This document shows, piece by piece, positions 58,801-64,000 of a stretch of 64,000 nt of DNA (position 1 is its first letter; each line of letters begins with the position of its first letter). The position numbers were made by a program, and so were the translations under genes. The notes under the pieces are model-generated. The model did not search any database. It was not told where the DNA came from and was given only the letters and a program-made list of their open reading frames with translations. The DNA is from Planctomycetota bacterium (GTDB lineage Bacteria; Planctomycetota; UBA8108; SXIK01): the NCBI GenBank assembly GCA_965223265.1, contig OZ244999.1, positions 4,992,001 through 5,056,000 of the forward strand, read 5' to 3'.

Positions 58801-60522
58801 ATGCTCCTCTGAGTGGCACTTGCCGCAGCTCGAGGTGACGTACTTACTCTCGAACATCGGCCAGTCTTGGTGGTGCATCTTGTGCCAGTGGTACTTCTCC
58901 TCCCATTCCTCGCGCTGTGCTTCGCTGTTCGGCGTGTGGGAGGCGCGCGTGAAGTCGGTTGCGTGACCGTCGCCGGCGTGACAAACCGTGCAGCCGAATT
59001 CGCCGTACGGATGCGGACTCGCGCTGCCGACAAAAAGATCGAGCCGTGGGTGACTGGCGTAAACGGAGCCCCAGTCGTCGCTCTGGAAGTCAACGACTTC
59101 GGGGGCCGGGTTGTCGATGTTGATGTGGCAAGTTTGGCAACGATCGATGCGCGGCATCGTCAGCAGCTGCAGGTCCTCGTGAAGATCTGGGGTCACCACC
59201 TTCTGAATCGTATAGCTCGGCGCCAACATGTCGAGGATCGGCAAATTGCGCGTGACGTTAGCAAAATTCGTTGCGACGAGATTGAACCGCTGGCGTACCT
59301 GCTTGACTTCGAAGTCGAGCGCCGCCAGTTCGGTCTCGAGGTCGGCCAGTGAGCGGCCATCCGCACCGGTGAGCTCGGTGCGCTGTTTCGCGACCACGGC
59401 CGCCGCCGCGTCGGCCGCGTTTTTCAACTCTTCAACGCGGCGCTGGTCCGCTTCGATTTTGATGGACCATTGTTCCGCGAACTGCCTGTCGGTGCGCCGG
59501 ATCGCCTCTTCCCCCTTGGGGGTCTCACGGTGTTTGTCGAGGATACTTCGTTTCTCCTCCTCGAACTTAAAACGCTCAGCGACGGCCTTGCCGCGGTCGA
59601 CCTTGAGCTGCTTTTCGGCGAGCGAGAACGCGGTTGTCTTTTCAACCAACTCCCTCTTGAGGTCAGCGTAGTCGGAATTCGACGTCTCGAGCGCCTCTTC
59701 CGTGTCCGCGAGGAGCGCTTCGAAACGGTCGAGCCCGCTTCCTGACGCGGAAGCGAGAATGTCCGCGGCCGAGTCAGGTGCAATGGATGCGAGAATGCTC
59801 TCGAGTTTTGGCTCAAGGTCGCCGAGGGTTTTCTGGACGCTCGCCTCAGCTTCGACGAGTTCCGCCCCGTACTTCTTCTCGAGCTCGCCCTCCCAGTTCG
59901 ACTGGATCTGCTTCCACGGACGGTTGTAGTCCTTCCACATGATCGCCACGGTGTAGACGAGAAGAAGGATGCTCAAGATGAAGAAGGCGACGTTCAGCGA
60001 CGTCACCTTGTAGAGAGTCGTCTCGCTGTCGGGCTCGTCGAAGAGGTGCGAACCCGCAGAGGCGCCGATCGTCGATCCGGTGAGCGTTTCGACCGTGCGC
60101 ACAGAATCTCTCTCCGGGTCGATCTCCGGCGCTTTCGCCGCCGGCGCTGCTGACGCGGCTGCCTTCTTGGCTGCCGCCGGCTTCGGCTTCGCGGCTTTCG
60201 CCGCAGCAGGTTTGGCCGCCGCTGGCTTCGCCGCGGCCGCCGGCTTTTTCGCCGCCGCCGGCGCGCTCTTCTTGGGAGCGGCTGCGCTCGCCGTGGGTGC
60301 ACCGCCGCCGGCGCCGCACGTGAAGTACCCGCGCGTCGGCGCCCAGACTTTGGAACCGCCGCCGGTCGCCGCAGCGGGAGCTGCTGCAGCGGCCGTTGGT
60401 TCGGCACTCGCGGCTTCTTCGCTACTCGCATCCGACGCTGGCGCGGCGGACTCAGCAGGCGCGGAACCTCCCGCGCCGATTTCGAAGTAGCCGCGTGTTG
60501 GACACCAAAGTCGGTCTGCCAT
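55876..60522 (-). CDS. Giant membrane-anchored multiheme (8x CxxCH) cytochrome c of a Rieske/b complex
   Basis: CQTCH, CTVCH, CGKCH, CFGCH, CLGCH, CFACH, CQGCH and CNGCH; one TM helix near aa 175-197; repeated GP.L...MP class-I c-type modules. Confidence 0.88.
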   Translation of the reverse strand: MADRLWCPTRGYFEIGAGGSAPAESAAPASDASSEEAASAEPTAAAAAPAAATGGGSKVWAPTRGYFTCGAGGGAPTASAAAPKKSAPAAAKKPAAAAKPAAAKPAAAKAAKPKPAAAKKAAASAAPAAKAPEIDPERDSVRTVETLTGSTIGASAGSHLFDEPDSETTLYKVTSLNVAFFILSILLLVYTVAIMWKDYNRPWKQIQSNWEGELEKKYGAELVEAEASVQKTLGDLEPKLESILASIAPDSAADILASASGSGLDRFEALLADTEEALETSNSDYADLKRELVEKTTAFSLAEKQLKVDRGKAVAERFKFEEEKRSILDKHRETPKGEEAIRRTDRQFAEQWSIKIEADQRRVEELKNAADAAAAVVAKQRTELTGADGRSLADLETELAALDFEVKQVRQRFNLVATNFANVTRNLPILDMLAPSYTIQKVVTPDLHEDLQLLTMPRIDRCQTCHINIDNPAPEVVDFQSDDWGSVYASHPRLDLFVGSASPHPYGEFGCTVCHAGDGHATDFTRASHTPNSEAQREEWEEKYHWHKMHHQDWPMFESKYVTSSCGKCHSEEHRLEGGGNWNRGYELVKTYGCFGCHKIENFEAEPKVGPHLAHLTAKTDAKFVYQQIRNPQQFRPSARMPRFFDLTNSGGHYDAADPAAAGGGEMLVQRSGGQLESIDFHSRNTVEAFAIATYIAETSLPLALTYQLDPALQGDPKAGREVFRTSGCLGCHSVKSESMTPELGGTEESLMALVDAAKEQLVGLGAEFPTTERVLAEKAEAERASVHDAPDQKSLATKALAALLDLVEFYERLPVGEKVVEQHRRVIMPTLEIEKAGADVAAVKQAITAIQNRWIHNTRAPDLSGLGSKITSAAWLADWIVNPRAHDPNTIMPRLRLEDDPGGDQKVADLVAYLMALKDPGFAALPPFSMNAESTAQLDDLVHNYLKSESAVGRTRANQKLEKMSAEQKLLFAGQRLIRRYGCFACHDGISDAQFDFTGEEVAIDIKGSMDAAQRIGAELNGWGSKLPDRLDYGLWGHQHSGREAIPHGNRYAWIEAKLSDTRRFDVIPAEQEVDDDVYTYAVTRQLVQKTPEELLKMPLFAFHDDPDQVEAVATFIVGLVNDPVQPAKKRKLTGDAKILEEGARIIEKLNCQGCHRIGAEDQFVPLDELPTFSLYEDREDVVAMFELEKETWLNREVTLSAKAKAGASGLKLPFGTLLNKEVYDHSTMSLDDDDDSDDEPISVVELAIRDAEARGVPKHALHSQRLPVAGYHEGEIRFYFGTDVTQRAYAPPPLVRQGERVRSRWLFDFLLDVDTIRPWLKVKMPSFHLSPEDSRKIVRWFKVRSGLPFDGEVFDADRDDAAAVQRGYELFAKSDKVPGGLSCNGCHPSGDVLPIYPTFEPAEAFDWQQFKFSIPDSSDYVVWSENGEFRHQEGFESVAAAKAWAEENVPAGAKWAVGKRWEKDTWGPDLALAAERLRPDWVGDWLGSPPDFMPGTKMPNFFSTRDAMAKPGEVEFPSAENKEKIDALIRYLMHMHAFNAAKEDEN

Positions 60523-60530
60523 GAGGACTC

Positions 60531-61613
60531 CTAGATGTTAAAGAAGTACTCCGGGATGGCCACGATGTACTTGAGGTTGAAAATCCACCGCAGCAGCATC
60601 TTGATCGGAAGCGCGGCCATAAAGAGAAAGAGATTCACCATGATGTTGAAGCGCACGAAACCCATCTGGACGTACGTCTTGCGAAAGACGGTCTTGGCCA
60701 AGATCGGCGGCAGCACGGCGAAGTAAAGGATCACCATGACGAAGCCTAGCCACTCCCGCGCCAGAATGTTCTGCGGCAACGCCACGCCAAGAAACTCGTT
60801 GTAGAGATACTCCGAGACGTTGACGTTGCTCAAAGCTTCGATCTTGTGCGCGTCCCAATATTCGTACGGCCCAAAGAAGTTCCAGTTGGGTCCACGCAGA
60901 AACGTCCCGAGAATGATGAGCATGATCCACAGCGGGATGAATCCGAAAAGGAACGTTGAGATCGCAAAGGGCCGCTCCTTGAAGGTGTAGTAACCATTGC
61001 CCTTTGGATTGGGATCGATGTAGGGGATGGCCATGAGTCCGACGATGATCTGCGTCGGAAAAACCACGCCGGCGAGCCACGGATCGTAGTAGACGAGCAT
61101 CTCCTGCAGTCCGAGGAAGTACCACGGCGCCTTCGACGGATTGGGTGTTCGCGCCGGGCTCGCTGGTTCCTCCAGCGGCGCTTCCAGGTAGTACGCCCAA
61201 ATCAGAAGCAGGACGGTGCAAAGAATCAGTACCAAGAACTCGCCGTAGACAAGATCCGGCCAGCACAGCACACGTCGGTTGCTCTCGCGCTGTTCAAACG
61301 TTGGCAGACCGCGATCGATCAGACGGTCATTGATGACCATCTTGCGAAACGCCAGCCAGAGGAGGAACCCGAGCGTGAACATCATGATCGTGATGGGCAC
61401 GTTGTCCGGTTTGGCGACGATCTTGGTGAAGTCGGGATCGGAAAGGCTGAGGATGAATCCGACAACACTGATCACGAGCACCGATCCGGCGAACCAGGCT
61501 TGGGTCCAGAAGGACCGGAGCACGATGATCAGAAGGAGACCGACGATCGAGATCAAAAAGAACGTCGTTGGCCCGAGGAGACCGTCGATGAAATTCTTGA
61601 GAAACTCTGGCAC
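60531..61613 (-). CDS. Cytochrome b C-terminal / subunit-IV-like protein with extra N-terminal helices
   Basis: WPDLV, APLEEPA, TPNPSKAPWYFLGLQE, IPYID, ERPFA and FLRGPNW. Confidence 0.85.
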   Translation of the reverse strand: MPEFLKNFIDGLLGPTTFFLISIVGLLLIIVLRSFWTQAWFAGSVLVISVVGFILSLSDPDFTKIVAKPDNVPITIMMFTLGFLLWLAFRKMVINDRLIDRGLPTFEQRESNRRVLCWPDLVYGEFLVLILCTVLLLIWAYYLEAPLEEPASPARTPNPSKAPWYFLGLQEMLVYYDPWLAGVVFPTQIIVGLMAIPYIDPNPKGNGYYTFKERPFAISTFLFGFIPLWIMLIILGTFLRGPNWNFFGPYEYWDAHKIEALSNVNVSEYLYNEFLGVALPQNILAREWLGFVMVILYFAVLPPILAKTVFRKTYVQMGFVRFNIMVNLFLFMAALPIKMLLRWIFNLKYIVAIPEYFFNI

Positions 61614-61633
61614 AGGACCTTTCTCCTATCGAC

Positions 61634-62407
61634 TCACATCGGGCCTGAGATACCGCCGTCCTTGCGGACGCGCCAGAAGTGCACCGCCATGAGCACCCCG
61701 GCGGCGAACGGAATCGCGATGCAGTGCAGCACATAGAAGCGCAGTAGTGCCGCAGCGCCGACGCTACGACCACCGAGCAGCGCGAACTTCGCATCACTGC
61801 CGGCGGTGACAAGCGGGATGTCGCCAAGCATGACAAACGCCGCGCCAGGTCCTTCGTGACCGGCGATCGGTGTAGCGCGAGCCATGTTACTGCCGACCGT
61901 GATCGCCCAAATCGCGAGCTGATCCCACGGCAAAAGGTATCCCGTAAAGCTGAGCAGCAACGTCAAGACGAGCAGGATCACACCGACGTTCCAGTTGAAC
62001 TCGCGCGGCGGCTTGTACGACCCCGTGAGGAAGACGCGCAGCATATGAAGCCAGACGGTGATCACCATGGCGTGCGCGCCCCAGCGATGCAGCTCGCGCA
62101 TGATGCCGAGCGGCACGTGCTCACGGAGCGCCTTGATATCGGCGAACGCGTACTCGACGGTCGGCCGGTAGTAGAACATGAGCAAGATGCCGGTGATCGT
62201 TTCGACAAGGAACAAAAAGAACGTGATCCCTCCCATGCACCACGTGAAACTCATGCGAACGCCTGACTTTCGCACTTTGATGGGATGGAGGTGTAGAAAC
62301 ACGTTCGACAACACGGCGAGCGCCTGGTCGCGCGCGTTGTCGGGATACTTGTGCCGGAAGATCGACTTCCAGACGTGGGTATCCGTGATTTTCTTGAACA
62401 GCGTCAC
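61634..62407 (-). CDS. Cytochrome b6-like subunit (split cytochrome b)
   Basis: [23 protein letters not shown]...[27 protein letters not shown] and [10 protein letters not shown]. Confidence 0.93.
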   Translation of the reverse strand: MTLFKKITDTHVWKSIFRHKYPDNARDQALAVLSNVFLHLHPIKVRKSGVRMSFTWCMGGITFFLFLVETITGILLMFYYRPTVEYAFADIKALREHVPLGIMRELHRWGAHAMVITVWLHMLRVFLTGSYKPPREFNWNVGVILLVLTLLLSFTGYLLPWDQLAIWAITVGSNMARATPIAGHEGPGAAFVMLGDIPLVTAGSDAKFALLGGRSVGAAALLRFYVLHCIAIPFAAGVLMAVHFWRVRKDGGISGPM

Positions 62408-62437
62408 CTGTTGCTCCTTCGTATTCCTGGCCGTCCG

Positions 62438-62974
62438 TTACGTCGCCGAGTAGGCGATGTTGAGCGACGCCTCAGGGTCCGACCACTGGCCGAGCTCTTG
62501 CTGAAACTTCTTCGATTTATCCACCTCGATCTGGCCGTCGGGCGCCAGCGACAGCTTGAATCGCTCCAGCGGGCGCGGTGCTGGTCCTTCGAAGTTGATC
62601 CCCGTGACGTAGAATCCGCTGCCATGGCACGGGCACTTGAACTTACGCTCCGTGGAGAGCCAGTTCGGGGTACAGCCGAGGTGCGTGCACGTCGTCGACA
62701 GGACGTAGAAGCCACTGAAGTCGCGCACGATCCAGATTCCGTTCTTAGCTTTGAAACGCTCGTCGACCGCACCGTCGGCGGCCGCAGCGAAGTCTTCTGG
62801 TCGCCCCACCTTGAAGCGCGTCGGCGGCTCGAAGAGGTCGTTGGGGAAAAAGAAACGCGCGGTCGCCAGAAGCCCCGCGAGGCTGGCAGCCGAAAACGCG
62901 ATCCAGCCTGCAGAAACCTTCTGCATGAAACTGCGGCGGCTCGAAGTCGGTGCATTCGGTTCGGTAGCGTTCAT
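62438..62974 (-). CDS. Rieske 2Fe-2S subunit
   Basis: Tat-like SRRSF, CTHLGC, CPCHGS and GPAPRPL. Confidence 0.95.
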   Translation of the reverse strand: MNATEPNAPTSSRRSFMQKVSAGWIAFSAASLAGLLATARFFFPNDLFEPPTRFKVGRPEDFAAAADGAVDERFKAKNGIWIVRDFSGFYVLSTTCTHLGCTPNWLSTERKFKCPCHGSGFYVTGINFEGPAPRPLERFKLSLAPDGQIEVDKSKKFQQELGQWSDPEASLNIAYSAT

Positions 62975-64000
62975 ACCTTGCCTCGCGTCACTGTCAGAAA
63001 GCTCACGGTTACAAAGCTCACGGCCGCGGCGAGTTGACTCTGCGGCGACGGCGCATGGCCGCGAGGCTCTGCACCGGCACTGCAGCGCGCACTGGCACTG
63101 CGAAGCGCACCGCGCAAAGAATCGGGGCACGTTTGGAAAAAGGCGCTTTCTATCACAAACGAACCCTGCAGTGCCAGCCTCGAAACCGAGACGGCATCGG
63201 GGCACGGAGCTGCTCCCGTCTTGGTAGGCTCCGCGGTCGCCGGAGCCTCCCCTGCCCCAGAGGCATCAGTGCCGACGTCGGGCTCGGGTGCTGGCGAAAG
63301 ATCCGGCTCACGGCCGGGTGCGGCGCCGATCGCGTCGATCGCCCGAAAGGCCGCATTACGCACCTTCGCGCTGCGAGAGTCCTTCTGCAGCGACAGAATC
63401 AGCTCTCGCGACGCCTCACCGCGCAGGGCCGCAATCGCCTCCATCGCCTGGATCATGTAGCCTTCTGCCTCCTCAAGCCGCAGAGGCTGACGCGCGTCCC
63501 CGCGCTGCTCGTCAAAAAACTCCCACGACAGCAGGTCGAGCAGAAGTGGTTCGGCAGCGGCGTTTTGGTAGTAGCGCCCAAGCCAGCAGGCCGCGCTCCA
63601 TTGAATCTCGCGCCGCGGCTCGCTGAGCGCGGCAACCAGGAGCGGCTCCGCCTCCGCGCTCCGCATGTTCACCAGTCCGCCGAGCGCGTGCCAGCGAATC
63701 TCCCACTCTTCTGCGCCCGGCCGCTGGCGGACGAGGTCGACCAAATAGGCCGCCGCTCCGGGAGCGTGCGACAGCCCGAGCGCCACCACCGCAGCCATAC
63801 GCGTCTGTGGTTCAGTGTCCGCGGACTCAACAAGACGTTTCATCAGCGGGAGCGACAGCTCCGGCCGCCCAGCACGGCCAATCGTCGTGGTCACGAACTG
63901 GGAAAAATCGGCTTCATCGGAGTAGCGCTCCCGAAGCCGCAGGAGCTGCTCGGTCTGGGTTCGTGTCAAATACTCGCCCGGGGCGAATTCCTGCACGCGC
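62971..64000 (-). CDS. HEAT-repeat protein (5' end beyond the window)
   Basis: Repeated R..A..ALG helices; its stop overlaps the Rieske ATG (ATGA). Confidence 0.75.
   Translation of the reverse strand, partial: RVQEFAPGEYLTRTQTEQLLRLRERYSDEADFSQFVTTTIGRAGRPELSLPLMKRLVESADTEPQTRMAAVVALGLSHAPGAAAYLVDLVRQRPGAEEWEIRWHALGGLVNMRSAEAEPLLVAALSEPRREIQWSAACWLGRYYQNAAAEPLLLDLLSWEFFDEQRGDARQPLRLEEAEGYMIQAMEAIAALRGEASRELILSLQKDSRSAKVRNAAFRAIDAIGAAPGREPDLSPAPEPDVGTDASGAGEAPATAEPTKTGAAPCPDAVSVSRLALQGSFVIESAFFQTCPDSLRGALRSASARCSAGAEPRGHAPSPQSQLAAAVSFVTVSFLTVTRGKV

Overview
High-GC bacterial chromosome segment, most likely from a Planctomycetota lineage. This is inferred from the planctomycete-type C-terminal dockerin-like/EF-hand protein, GTAG-type REPs and a PurS-like N-terminus on PurL; it is not proven. 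The left part holds two aminotransferases, a large secreted glycoside-hydrolase-like protein, a PKD/dockerin-like surface protein, a CocE hydrolase coupled to a BtuF/D/C-type ABC importer, a radical SAM enzyme and a GGDEF protein with a pseudo-receiver. The middle holds accD, rpe, a sigma54-driven type IV pilin, recJ, a TPR lipoprotein, purQL, accA, gcvT-H-PA-PB, ribF and def. The right part holds three tandem near-identical secreted single-vWA-domain genes. It ends with a ~20 kb minus-strand respiratory cluster: HEAT protein, Rieske, cytochrome b6-type, subunit-IV-like, a 1548-aa octaheme cytochrome c, hemY/G, a cupredoxin lipoprotein, an A2-type aa3 oxidase with CtaA/CtaB/SCO/DUF420, then a formyltransferase and a GT87. 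Two families of MITE-like elements, REP palindromes, a hexamer microsatellite and a ~303-bp tandem duplication of the recJ 3' end are visible. I recognised no rRNA, tRNA, CRISPR array or transposase. All product calls come from motif recognition only, not database searches.
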